From contig CAWCKY010000003.1 of the NCBI GenBank assembly GCA_963796275.1, positions 1,536,001-1,600,000 of the forward strand: 64,000 bases of DNA, written 5' to 3'. The translations under genes were made by a program, and so were the position numbers. Every line of letters begins with the position of its first letter. Position 1 is the stretch's first letter. Source of the stretch: an uncultured Acidobacteriota bacterium. Lineage in GTDB: Bacteria; Acidobacteriota; Blastocatellia; RBC074. Below, piece by piece: positions 8,444-18,571 of this stretch. The notes under the pieces are model-generated. The model was not told the DNA's origin, did not search any database, and saw nothing but the letters and a program-made list of their open reading frames with translations.

Positions 8444-11131
8444 TTACCTTTTGCCGTCCAGGTTGGCCCATTCGCCGGACTGAATGAATGCCGCCCAGTA
8501 AAAGGGATGCCGCAAGTCCTTTCGATCACGCAGTATCCGCAACTGCGCTTGTCTCAGTCCCTCACTTCGTGCTTGTCCTTGCTGGAGTGCCCTGTAATAT
8601 GGGATCAGAAGTTCTTTCGTCGATTCATCCGAGATTGGCCAGAGGCTCATGACCTGGCTCTCTGACCCAGCTAGCACGAGCGCGCGCCGCAATTCTTGCA
8701 TGGCTGGGCCGCTTTTCACCTCACCAACACCTGTATCGCATCTCGACAGGACAACCAGTTTTGTACCCGATAAGTCCAGATAGGCGGCTTCCATCGCTGT
8801 CAGCAGACCGTTATCATCTCCGCTTTTGCTCTGGTTGGCTCCCGCCAACGCGATGCCCGAGCGCCGCAGAGGATTGGATCCCTGGGCCGCTAACTTGCTG
8901 AGCCTCAGATTGGGGGACTCCTCCGTGACAGGTAGAGAGTCGGCAGGCGGCTCGTAGCGCGCAACGAAGAATTCAGTGACGACGCCCTTCTCCTGCAGAT
9001 CGGCGCCGTACTTGTTCGCTTCGGCGCTGCTCGAAAAAGTTCCGGCGCGCACGCGAAAGAAATCCCCTTTGCCCTTCACGCTGCTTTTGACAATGTATGC
9101 TTCCACGCCCCGCGCTTTGAGCCGCTCGACCTTCTCGTTCGCAGTTTCGAAAGCCGGGGTTGCCTCAAACTGAACAGTGAATGGTTTTGGCTGTGGAACT
9201 TCGGAATTTCCAGGTGAACCGACGCGCAATGGGCCGAACTCGGCAGTTGCAGAATCTTGATTGTCGAGGAAGAAGCCGTGGGTCGCGATATGGAGAATGC
9301 GCGGACCGCGGGCCTGTTTGAGAGCCGTCTCGGTCGCGCCTTCCCGCTGCAGAATCGATGCTGCCGGGAACATTTCTTTGATCGCCAGCGTTTCGCGGCT
9401 CGTGTCAGGCAGAGGGGGGACAAATGTCTGCGCCGGATCTATTCGTTCCAGCGCTTGCTTATCGCCAGGCGGTTTTGCGTTGTTGCGATCTCGTTGTTCG
9501 GCGATGGTGGCGGAACTGCCGAAGTCGGGGTTGCCCACCACAAGCGGAGGGCTCTTGCTCGGTTGCGAAGTTTGCAGCCGCAGCAGATCACGTCCGGTGG
9601 TGAGGTAACTGATCGTGTAGCTCTCGATCAGATACCGGTTCTGTTCATCGAGCAGAGCAGCGAACGGGATAAGATTGAGCGAACCATCAGGGGCAATCAG
9701 CAGACGACGCGTATTGCCAAGTAACGCGCGCACAGGTTGCATCACTTTCTCGTCCAATGCGCGCGCGAGACGGTCGATGCCCGGCCGGTTTGGGCTGCGC
9801 ATCGCATCGCGCCAGAGATGCACCGCTTGATCGATCGCCGCTGCTTCGCCGAGGTCTATCCGCTCAGCTTTACCTCGCGTTGCGAGAAGATAGGCGAGAT
9901 AGCGCGGCGGCATGCTTTTCCCACTCTTTGGATCCACCGGTGTGAAGTAAGCGAATTCGACCAGAGCGCTGTCGGAAGGGAGCTCGGCCTGGATGGCGTC
10001 GAGTGTGGCCGGCTGCATGTTCGCGCGGAATCCGGCGTTGCGCGCGCTGAGCTCTCCTTCGATCTCACTAACCTTAGCTTCGAGAGGCTTAATCAGTTTG
10101 CGAAAACTCTCGGAACTGTACGCGTCCGGCTCTTTAGACCTGAGCTCGGCCAACTGCGAGCGCGCATCGTCGAGTCTATCGACGATATCTTTATCTTGAT
10201 CATACCGCCGGAATGCGGCGAGCGTGTCGATCATCGCATCGAGCCCGCGCACTTTCCGGCGCAACAAGGTCGTAAAAGCCAGATCGAGCGCCTGCTGATT
10301 ATCCGGGGCACTCAGGCTCTGGAGCGATAAAGTCAGGTCTGTACGTCTATTGAATAGATCCAGATAATCAAATTTCCGGCGTTTCGAGCCGGTAGCGAGA
10401 TTCAAGTTGCATTCGTCGATATAGTTGGCGCCCGCCGTAAAGATCATGGCCTGTCCGATATCGCCTTTTGCCGCATAGAGCATGGCGAGCTCGTTGAGAG
10501 CATTACCTGTAACAGGGTGTTCCGTTCCTAGCACCTTTTCACGGATATCTCGCACGCGCCCAATCAATGGGATCGCTTCATCATATTTTCCTGCCAGGAA
10601 TAGTCTGCGGGATCGTGAAACCAGGACGTCGGCTTCATACAAATCGCGTTCATCCTCCTTGGCGGCGCGCAACATAACCGCCTGAATCACATATTGCCCG
10701 GCTGCCGCGTCTTTATTTTTCGCACGCACATCCAGGCGGTAGCTGCCCGACTTTTCCGTGACCCACGAGACGATCTCTTGTCCCTGGATTCTGCTGTCTG
10801 CGTCGAACTCTTTGATCTCCTCGCCGTCCGCTCCGACCAGCTTCACCGCCACGTCGATGCCGCGTTGATCGACCACAGCTCTCACGAATTGACCGGCGAC
10901 GAGATTCATCTGATAAGGATGGGATTGATCCCCAGCCAAATCACGGACTATAGGTTTTCCCGGCATGAGCTGTCTTATCTGCTCGGTTGCCTGCGACGGA
11001 CTGATCACCAAGACGGGAGCCTCTGCATTGTTGGTTATGACATCAGCAGACGCTCGTACCAGAATAAGCGGCAGAATAAGGAATAGTATGAGATTGTATT
11101 TTTGAATTGATCCGGGGAATCGATAAATCAT
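8444..11131 (-). CDS. Exported CHAT protease with short TPR region and an inserted SPOR domain
   Basis: Likely start ATG 11131 (GGAG RBS; ORF track starts at 11215); paralog of the adjacent gene; HIATHGFF (His 9278-9280), LSRCDTG (Cys 8738-8740); 8951-9184 encodes PFTVQFEA...ANEKVERLKARGVEAYIVKS...FFRVRAGTFSSSAEANKYGADLQEKG...FFV, a SPOR-like sequence. Confidence 0.88.
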   Translation of the reverse strand: MIYRFPGSIQKYNLILFLILPLILVRASADVITNNAEAPVLVISPSQATEQIRQLMPGKPIVRDLAGDQSHPYQMNLVAGQFVRAVVDQRGIDVAVKLVGADGEEIKEFDADSRIQGQEIVSWVTEKSGSYRLDVRAKNKDAAAGQYVIQAVMLRAAKEDERDLYEADVLVSRSRRLFLAGKYDEAIPLIGRVRDIREKVLGTEHPVTGNALNELAMLYAAKGDIGQAMIFTAGANYIDECNLNLATGSKRRKFDYLDLFNRRTDLTLSLQSLSAPDNQQALDLAFTTLLRRKVRGLDAMIDTLAAFRRYDQDKDIVDRLDDARSQLAELRSKEPDAYSSESFRKLIKPLEAKVSEIEGELSARNAGFRANMQPATLDAIQAELPSDSALVEFAYFTPVDPKSGKSMPPRYLAYLLATRGKAERIDLGEAAAIDQAVHLWRDAMRSPNRPGIDRLARALDEKVMQPVRALLGNTRRLLIAPDGSLNLIPFAALLDEQNRYLIESYTISYLTTGRDLLRLQTSQPSKSPPLVVGNPDFGSSATIAEQRDRNNAKPPGDKQALERIDPAQTFVPPLPDTSRETLAIKEMFPAASILQREGATETALKQARGPRILHIATHGFFLDNQDSATAEFGPLRVGSPGNSEVPQPKPFTVQFEATPAFETANEKVERLKARGVEAYIVKSSVKGKGDFFRVRAGTFSSSAEANKYGADLQEKGVVTEFFVARYEPPADSLPVTEESPNLRLSKLAAQGSNPLRRSGIALAGANQSKSGDDNGLLTAMEAAYLDLSGTKLVVLSRCDTGVGEVKSGPAMQELRRALVLAGSESQVMSLWPISDESTKELLIPYYRALQQGQARSEGLRQAQLRILRDRKDLRHPFYWAAFIQSGEWANLDGKR

Positions 11132-11503
11132 ACCGATGACTCCGTCAAAACCGTTGGCCATCCAGGTTCGTCTGGGTGAAACTTTCCGATGCCTCCCAGA
11201 ATGTAAAGTTGACAATCCTTATTTCAGAATTTGATGGAATCGAAAATTACTAATTTCTATCTGTAGACACGGAGCGCAAAACATCAGCGAGAGTGAGAAC
11301 TTGCAGGTTGATAATGAGTCGGGGGTCAGATCGGGGTATAAGGTTACTGCTTTAAAGTAATCGGATCGTCAGTCGAACGTGGTTTCTTTTCTCTTCCAAT
11401 TTGTATATGTTCTTCAAACAAGTGTCAAAATTGCTAAGTCATTATCGTAAGTCGTTTAATCAGAACTGAAGTGGTCCTATAGCAATTAATTTTGAGTAAC
11501 TCC

Positions 11504-12496
11504 TCATCGCTCAACTTTGAAATAAAATTCCCTGATATTCACCCATTCACCACGATCGTTATTTCCGCTGAGCATCATGCTGAAGGGGCCGTTCTGCAAT
11601 TGTTTGGCCGGTATTTTCAACACCAGGGACGAGCCCGATTTGACGCGGCCGGCTTTGATATCACCGCGCCTCCATATCTCATTCCCAGCCGAGTTTTGTA
11701 CGGCGGCGCTAAATCTGCTGTATCGATCGGCCGGTAAATCCGGGAAATTCAGGATGACCTGGACCGTCTCATTGCCGGGCGGAATGCGTATCAGCCGCGG
11801 CGCGCTATTCCCCACGCTTCTTATTCCAGGAACTGTCCAGATGAAAGAAGCAATAACTGTTTTTTTCGGCTCCGGTGTGGGCAAAACTTCCGGCTGTTGC
11901 TGTACGATGCTGAATGCCGGCTTGGACTGCTCGTCTGGGAGGTTCTCATCTGCAATCTCCTGCTTCGGCTTTTCTTTTTCTTCAGGGGATGGCAGTGATT
12001 CGTTTTTCGCAATCTCTTGCACGAATGGCGTCTGGAACTCGAATATTTTTACTGCCCCGATAACCACCAAAATCACTAATGCTGCTGCCATCGAGATTCC
12101 AAATGCCAACCTCGGCCCGCGGAACGGCGCGAATAAGGACTCCCAGATTGAGGGAGAAGGTTTTTTTACCAGCTCGTCCGTGTCGTAAAGAACAGCATAG
12201 CCGTATTCCTGTTCGATAGATTCTAGCGGTAGGGTAGTGACCAGGGCTTGGAAAAAACGTACCTGATCAATCCGTGCCGGTGTGGTCAGATAATTACGCT
12301 CAAATCGGACCCGGCCGGATGGAGAAAGTTTGCCGTTGACATATCCCTCTATTAAATCTTGTTCGACGGCCTGGAGCAGATCAAAAATCTCGGGATCAAT
12401 GAAATACTCCATCTCCATCTCTAACTTGTCTTTAATGGATAACTCACCCAACAGATATCGGACCATCTGTTGTTCAATGTCTAATCTTACATCCAT
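11504..12496 (-). CDS. Anti-sigma-like bitopic membrane protein
   Basis: 330 aa; N-terminal YLLGELS...EQDLIEGYVNGKLS...RFERNYL helical repeats, one TM helix, Pro/Glu linker, C-terminal beta domain resembling that of 2866..3759; lacks HxxxCxxC. Confidence 0.7.
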   Translation of the reverse strand: MDVRLDIEQQMVRYLLGELSIKDKLEMEMEYFIDPEIFDLLQAVEQDLIEGYVNGKLSPSGRVRFERNYLTTPARIDQVRFFQALVTTLPLESIEQEYGYAVLYDTDELVKKPSPSIWESLFAPFRGPRLAFGISMAAALVILVVIGAVKIFEFQTPFVQEIAKNESLPSPEEKEKPKQEIADENLPDEQSKPAFSIVQQQPEVLPTPEPKKTVIASFIWTVPGIRSVGNSAPRLIRIPPGNETVQVILNFPDLPADRYSRFSAAVQNSAGNEIWRRGDIKAGRVKSGSSLVLKIPAKQLQNGPFSMMLSGNNDRGEWVNIREFYFKVER

Positions 12497-12815
12497 GGCA
12501 GCCTCAACCTGACTTCTATCTCTATTATCTCTATCATTTGCCCTGACTATCAGCGCAGCTAGCCTAGCTCAGATTTGCTGATAGCTATTTTATTTTTCAA
12601 TGGTGTCATTAATTTAATGTCGTCGGAGTCTCGAGTTTGTCCTTTCTAGTATCGTGTGACAAACTTCCCGAACTCATGTCGGCAAATAGTGCGCGCTCTG
12701 AAAGAGAGCCGAACACTTATTGTAAATTCTATGTTTATTCTAAGTAAACGCAAATTCGCCAAGGATTTCGTAGGATAACAGAAATTTCTAACGAGATGCT
12801 GAAATGAATAGCGCC

Positions 12816-12843
12816 TTGAAATGAGGATATAGAAGTGTATAAT
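12816..12843 (+). promoter_or_regulatory. sigma70-type promoter of tRNA-Pro
   Basis: TTGAAA-N16-TATAAT ending 12 nt before the tRNA. Confidence 0.65.
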
Positions 12844-12855
12844 TGCGGCTTCAAT

Positions 12856-12930
<75 letters not shown>

Positions 12931-13457
12931 CAATGAAATCAAAAGGTTGTGACTTCCATATTGGAAGTTTTACTCTTTTGCGACACTTTCAACTTCGACT
13001 GCACTATCGATAATCAAATTTTTCCATTACGATCTTCACTTCGTTGAATATTGAAAAGAAACTCTGAGCTGCGATGATCTCATGCTATGCCTGTGATAAA
13101 AATCCAGACAGCTTGCTGAAGACTCAGAAACATGTGTTCGGCGCGCGTGCAGGAGCCAGCATAGGAGCACTGGATAGTCTCGACCGCTTCCCACCACATT
13201 CCGAAGGCTGCCAGCTTCCCTAAATATCCGGATCAAGAGCATTCTGTGCGCCAGTTTGATAGGCGGCGGGCCTCGTCGCGGTTCCGAGGCTCTCCTAAAG
13301 AAATTAAGTGTACCGCTTCTGAACGGTCGTATCGTTTATGTTCTGAGCAAGACTGCCGTCCGTCAAACCAGGGCCATCTCAGTCAAAATCATTTGTGGTA
13401 TTATGCAAGGCTTTTGTGCCAAAGAGGTTTACTCATCATCGTTCGATTGGAGAACTA

Positions 13458-14414
13458 ATGCAGACAAGACAACTCGGAAACAGTGATCTTCAGATAACCC
13501 CACTCGGCATCGGCGCGTGGGCGATGGGTGGCGCGGGGTGGCTCTTTTCGTGGAGCCATCAGGACGACTACGCGTCAATCTTCGCGATTCACGCAGCACT
13601 AGACGCAGGGATGAACTGGATTGACACTGCTGCTGTCTACGGCCTCGGCCATTCGGAAGAAGTCGTGGCGAAGGCGTTGAGAGGACGCGCGAACAAACCT
13701 TATGTCTTCACCAAATGCGCTCGCATCTGGGATGAGAATCGACAGATCGGCAAGTCGCTCAAGGCCGATTCCATTCGCCGCGAATTAGATGCCAGTTTGC
13801 TGCGATTAAAGGTCGACGTGATCGACCTTTATCAAATTCATTGGCCCGAACCGGATGAAGAGGTCGAAGAGGGCTGGGCGACGCTCGCTCGCTTGAAAGA
13901 GGAAGGGAAAGTTCGCTGGATCGGCGTGTCGAATTTCAGCCTCAAACACTTGAAGCGCGCGCAGGCTATCTTTCCGATCACATCGCTGCAACCGCCTTAT
14001 TCGCTGATCCGCCGCGAAGTCGAAGAGGATGTTCTGCCATACTGCGCAGAACACAACATCGGCGTGATCGCCTACTCGCCAATGGGGTCAGGACTTTTGA
14101 CCGGCGCGATGACGCGCGAAAGGTTAGCCAACCTGCCTGAAGATGACTGGCGACGCCGCGGCCCACAATTCCAGGAACCGCTCGTCACTCGCAATCTGAA
14201 GATCGTGGGCAAGCTTAAAGAGATTGCCTCTCGCCACCAGCGCAGCGCGGGCGAAGCAGCAATCGCGTGGGTTCTGCGAAACAGCGTAGTAACAGGAGCG
14301 ATCGTCGGAGTCCGGAGCCGGGAGCAGGTCGCCGGGGTCAGCGGCGCGATGGATTTCCGACTGAGCGAGGATGAGATCAATGAGATCAACACATATGCTC
14401 AAAGCCTCGATTGA
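13458..14414 (+). CDS. Aldo/keto reductase
   Basis: ATG 13458 after GGAG RBS; LGIGAWAMGG, WIDTAAVYGLGHSEE, IDLYQIHWP, IGVSNFS, YSPMGSGLLTG. Confidence 0.93.
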   Translation: MQTRQLGNSDLQITPLGIGAWAMGGAGWLFSWSHQDDYASIFAIHAALDAGMNWIDTAAVYGLGHSEEVVAKALRGRANKPYVFTKCARIWDENRQIGKSLKADSIRRELDASLLRLKVDVIDLYQIHWPEPDEEVEEGWATLARLKEEGKVRWIGVSNFSLKHLKRAQAIFPITSLQPPYSLIRREVEEDVLPYCAEHNIGVIAYSPMGSGLLTGAMTRERLANLPEDDWRRRGPQFQEPLVTRNLKIVGKLKEIASRHQRSAGEAAIAWVLRNSVVTGAIVGVRSREQVAGVSGAMDFRLSEDEINEINTYAQSLD

Positions 14415-14665
14415 CGCAGATTACATTTAAAGAGAATTCGATGATGATGAGATTTCTGGTCACATCTGATCCTTTGTTAGTTGTAGTTTCGTATTAGGCG
14501 GTCCCCGGGTTTTTCCGACTCTCTATTTATAACAGACAAAGACTTCGATTGGATTGCAGCCGGGCGATAGGGCCACGATACTTTCCAGATTTGCGGGAGC
14601 ATCATAGATTTCCAGCAGACTCGAATTTTTGATATTCAGTTGGTCGTTTAACGCCCATGCCGAAT

Positions 14666-14770
14666 TGTCACGTAGCGGCAGGGATGAGTCTAATCCGGCG
14701 TTTCAACGCCGGCACCGGCATCCATCGTCGCGTAGCGACGGTGTGAATCGTAGCCGTGGGTTTCAACCCA
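14666..14770. repeat. REP-like palindromic element
   Basis: Hairpins CCGGCGTTTCAACGCCGG, CGTCGCGTAGCGACG and GTAGCCGTGGGTTTCAACCCA. Confidence 0.7.
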
Positions 14771-14992
14771 TTGGTATCTATACAACTCTGATTTTGAAAT
14801 CCCTCGATGGCAAGAGACGGCACAGAATGATAAGCAGCTCCTCTTAGCCCGGTAAAACCGGGCTAAGAGGATGCCAATCATTATGTATAACCTCCCGCAT
14901 TTTAGTTGAATTGCGAGATTCTCTGATTTGTGTTGATTTCAACCCCCGGTCGGCCAGCTCCTCACCTTGCGACGCACCAATGTACCCTTTCT

Positions 14993-15108
14993 TCGCCGCG
15001 TTAGCGGCGGCTGATTGTAGCCGTGGGGTTTCAACCCACGGTAGACACGTGAGATTGTCCCCGCGTCGCGTCAGCGACGCTTGACTCAACCCTCGCTGAC
15101 GCGCAGCG
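14993..15108. repeat. REP-like palindromic element, same family as 14666-14770
   Basis: CGCCGCGTTAGCGGCG, GTAGCCGTGGGGTTTCAACCCACGG and GCGTCGCGTCAGCGACGC. Confidence 0.7.
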
Positions 15109-15110
15109 TT

Positions 15111-15527
15111 TTACTTGCTTTCCGCGTTAAAACGCACGGCTACATTCACGCCGTCGCACCGCGACGAAGAAGGTGGACATTTCATGCGAAAGTTTGGGCA
15201 ATGACAAGGCGGTGAAACGTCGGGCGACATCCATAGCGACGCGGCGGAAGCGAAGCAGGCAATCTTTGTAAAACCGATTGTCTGAAGCTCGATAGATCGG
15301 TCTATTCTTGCCCCCGTTGCCGATGATGGCGAAGGAGGCTTCGGTCTCGACAGGTCGAGGAGGCTACGCTCAGGCAAATTCAACATCTTCAGGTTGACGA
15401 CCTCTGCGCGCGGGGCATGCCTGTTTGGTATTAACTTCGCAATCAGCACATCTGTGTCTCGCCAGATAAGATATGGTCCTAGTAACATCGGCATTTCGGT
15501 GTCACACTCTCGTTTTCTCATTGTCAC
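15111..15527 (-). CDS. Possible hypothetical protein
   Basis: 138-aa ORF whose ATG overlaps the upstream stop codon (ATGA); no recognisable motif. Confidence 0.25.
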   Translation of the reverse strand: MTMRKRECDTEMPMLLGPYLIWRDTDVLIAKLIPNRHAPRAEVVNLKMLNLPERSLLDLSRPKPPSPSSATGARIDRSIELQTIGFTKIACFASAASLWMSPDVSPPCHCPNFRMKCPPSSSRCDGVNVAVRFNAESK

Positions 15528-16216
15528 ATTATGCCAAATTTTTCGAAGGCATCGCTTGCGCTCATACCTTCTTCGATTGCTTTGCGAACAAGTTTTTCGC
15601 CGCGCGCTTTTTCGACGGCTAGCGAGAAGACCTCTTCAATCGCCGTCTGGGGGGTAACAAGGACGCCTTCCATATCGCCGAAGATCAGATCGCCTGGCGC
15701 GATGCTCACACCTTCTATTTCGATCGAGCAGCGAAAATCAATCACCTTACCGCGCGGTCCCTGATCCTGCGCATAACGGCCCCAGGCGAAGGTCGGGAAA
15801 TTCAATCTCTTAATACCCGGCGAGTCGCGAGCGTACCCGTTCATCACGGCGCCAGCCGCGCCCAGCTTCTGCGCGCGCGTGCTCATTAACTCCCCCCACA
15901 GCGCATAGCGAGGTGAGCCGCCCGTGCAGATATATACCTCGCCAACCTTCAGATCATCGAGCGCGCGTAGCATCAGTCCGAAAGGGGCTGCCATCACGGG
16001 ATTCGACTGATTTCCGCTGCGCTCTTCGAACACGTCGGCTTCGAGCACTGGCATTGCACGTCCCAGCACGACCATATCGTCGCGCAGGGGCTGGATCTGC
16101 GGCGGCAGAAATTGTCGCTGCAATCCGATTTTATCCATCACATCGCCGATGACCGCTGTAAACAATTCTTGGCGAATCAGCGCAAACAATTCTGCTTCCG
16201 TTTGCCAATAGACCAT
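15524..16216 (-). CDS. RraA family protein (HMG aldolase-like)
   Basis: TAVIGDVMD, ALWGELMSTRAQKLGAAGAVMNGYARD, PGDLIFGDMEGVLV. Confidence 0.88.
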   Translation of the reverse strand: MVYWQTEAELFALIRQELFTAVIGDVMDKIGLQRQFLPPQIQPLRDDMVVLGRAMPVLEADVFEERSGNQSNPVMAAPFGLMLRALDDLKVGEVYICTGGSPRYALWGELMSTRAQKLGAAGAVMNGYARDSPGIKRLNFPTFAWGRYAQDQGPRGKVIDFRCSIEIEGVSIAPGDLIFGDMEGVLVTPQTAIEEVFSLAVEKARGEKLVRKAIEEGMSASDAFEKFGIM

Positions 16217-16612
16217 CGAAATTCTCCTGACCCGTTTGAGTATCCGAGCATGATTCCCATTTATGTATTATTTGAAATAAATGCAAATGATGTATAAGCA
16301 GTGATCAATAGGCTGGGGAGACGATGATCAACTGCTTTCAACACCGAGCCTGTCCGTTCCAGATCGCAGCAATGATGTATGGCTATACAAATGGATGATC
16401 GGCTTAATTGCTAAAATGCGCATCCATGCCACTACTGACGTAATGGCATGGCGCGCGTCGATATTATCCCGGTCGATTCAGTGACTCTGTCGTCGGGCGT
16501 TTAGATGACCGACTCGTTCATTGCTACCGCAACCTGCTCGGGAACGCGCCGATCCTGGTCATTAAGATGCCAATGACCAGGATCGTATCGGGCTCGCCAG
16601 AAAGTATGGAGA

Positions 16613-17692
16613 TTAAGCCAAGCGCTTCAGTTTAACCACCCGCCCTGCCAGCATCCATTCCGACACATATAGATTCCCTCTCTTGTCCCAGCTCAGGCCG
16701 TGCGGGGCGATGAACTGGCCGTCCACCCATTGGTCAGAAGGTATTTTGTTGGTGGCGCGTTTTTTGGGATCGCCGCTATCGCCGATTTGGGCGACGAGTT
16801 GGTTGTCCTTATCAAGAATCGTCACGCGACCGGCAAGATCGCCGATGGCAACATCCTTGTCTCGGATGCTCAGCACAGATGGCAGACGGAGGAAGTCATT
16901 CTCTGTTCCGTCAACCGTCTTGACATGCTTGCCAGCAAGGGTGAACCACTGCAGACGATGGTTAGCGCGATCGGTCACTAAAACAAGAGGCTCTTTACCG
17001 CGACGGTCGATGATGATCTTGTGCGGAGTACTGAACTTGCCTTCTTCTTTCTCCTTGCTGCATTTGCCGCCCCAGGAGTCGAGATATTCGCCTTTCGCGT
17101 TATATCGGTGAACGTAGTTAGCTCCATAACCATCGGTGACATAGAACTCGCCGTTCGGCAGGGCGGTGATGCCCGTCGGTTTGAATTCGTCCTTCGATTT
17201 GTAGATTCCCGATTGTTCGGGAAAGCCTTTGACCCAGACCGGCTCGCCTTTTAACGTGATCTTTGCAAACTCGTGACGGAAGAGGCTGACCAGATAAATG
17301 AATTCCTGGCCGCCTTCTTCGATCAGTTGCATGTCATGCGTGCCATTGCCGTCCTTGTCCGGCTTCCACTCTTTCCCCAACGAGCGAATGTACTTTCCAT
17401 CCTGATCGAAGACGATAATCGAATCGTCGCCGTCAGTGCTGAAATACACACGATTTTGGGCGTCGACGACCACGCCGCCATGGGTGCTGCCAAATTTCAC
17501 ACCGGCGGGCAGCTTGCCCCAACCACGCACCCATTCATATCGGTGTTTGCCTTCCCCGAGAATGACGGGACCGTCTTCCCGTACTCCGGCGAATGCGCGC
17601 GTCAGATTGGATGAAGCGAGTGAAGCCGCAGTAAAAGTGAGCCCGTGCAGGAAGCGGCGGCGGCCCACGTCTTTCCGATCGGTCAGAACCAT
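16613..17692 (-). CDS. Tat-exported NHL-repeat beta-propeller (peptidylglycine monooxygenase/lyase-like)
   Basis: GRRRFL twin-arginine signal; THGGVVVD, YVTDGYG, FSTPHKI, DRANHRLQWF, PHGLSWD. Confidence 0.8.
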   Translation of the reverse strand: MVLTDRKDVGRRRFLHGLTFTAASLASSNLTRAFAGVREDGPVILGEGKHRYEWVRGWGKLPAGVKFGSTHGGVVVDAQNRVYFSTDGDDSIIVFDQDGKYIRSLGKEWKPDKDGNGTHDMQLIEEGGQEFIYLVSLFRHEFAKITLKGEPVWVKGFPEQSGIYKSKDEFKPTGITALPNGEFYVTDGYGANYVHRYNAKGEYLDSWGGKCSKEKEEGKFSTPHKIIIDRRGKEPLVLVTDRANHRLQWFTLAGKHVKTVDGTENDFLRLPSVLSIRDKDVAIGDLAGRVTILDKDNQLVAQIGDSGDPKKRATNKIPSDQWVDGQFIAPHGLSWDKRGNLYVSEWMLAGRVVKLKRLA

Positions 17693-17939
17693 ATGTTTTC
17701 TCCATTAATTTGTATTTTTAACGTTTGCGACAGCGTTCGTGGAGTAATTTCTACCGCAGTATTCATTGATAGACAACTCTTTTCGGTCAATCTTATTTAA
17801 CAGAAGCCGGGATTCACTCGGCTTAAGCCATCTTTCCGATAACTGGCGGCTGAAGCCGCGCTACTGCTACTGTGTCACAAAACTCCTCGATTTCTTAGGA
17901 AATCGAGAGAAATTCAACTGATATTCAGAGGTGGCGGCG

Positions 17940-18295
17940 CCTTTTTGGGATTGCGGTAGCATGGTACCGCTTTGGTAGTCCATTGCTTTTCCGGCTGTCT
18001 CATTGACAACTAAGCAATCCTCAATCAGTGGTTGTGCAGGCTACTGGATGAGTTTAAGCGACTGCCTGAGACGAGGCACTGACTACCAAAGCGGTACCAA
18101 GCGATGCCGCGGGCGAATTCAGAAAATAAGATTATCGGCTCTTAGCTCCGGAGCGACATATGATGCCGTTCATATGTCGGTCCTCCGGAGCTGGGGCACT
18201 ATTACGAAAATTCTATAAACATAACGCGCCTCTGGCGCTCCCGAATAAAACGAATTCGCAGGCGGCATCACAAGCAAGCTACCGCAATCCAAAGG
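17940..18295. repeat. Nested REP/MITE-like palindromic elements
   Basis: GGATTGCGGTAGC pairs with GCTACCGCAATCC; GGTACCGCTTTGGTAGTC pairs with GACTACCAAAGCGGTACC; an inner CTCCGGAGC...CTATAAACAT unit is flanked by GATGCCGC/GCGGCATC. Confidence 0.7.
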
Positions 18296-18571
18296 CTCCG
18301 CCATCCAGGCGCAGTAAGCAGAACGCATACGCGAATTTCCCAAGATATTCGAGAATATTTGTGACACAGTAGCACTACTTGCCCTGCGGGGAAGCCCGTG
18401 AACCGGGCTAGACAAAAACTTAGCCTTGGTTTACGGATTAATAAACCTATCGATAAACCTATCATTTTTGCCCTGCGATTCCTTCCTTCCATCAGAGCAT
18501 TTTAGAAACGAGCATAGCCTTGAAGCGCGTATACCCTCACTAACTTCGAAGCGGAGATTGGCTTTCAAGCG

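Noticed and set aside
4538-11131. CHAT proteases as part of a type III-E CRISPR (Craspase) system
   Set aside because: No cas genes or repeat-spacer array in the window, and the proteins carry export-like N-termini.
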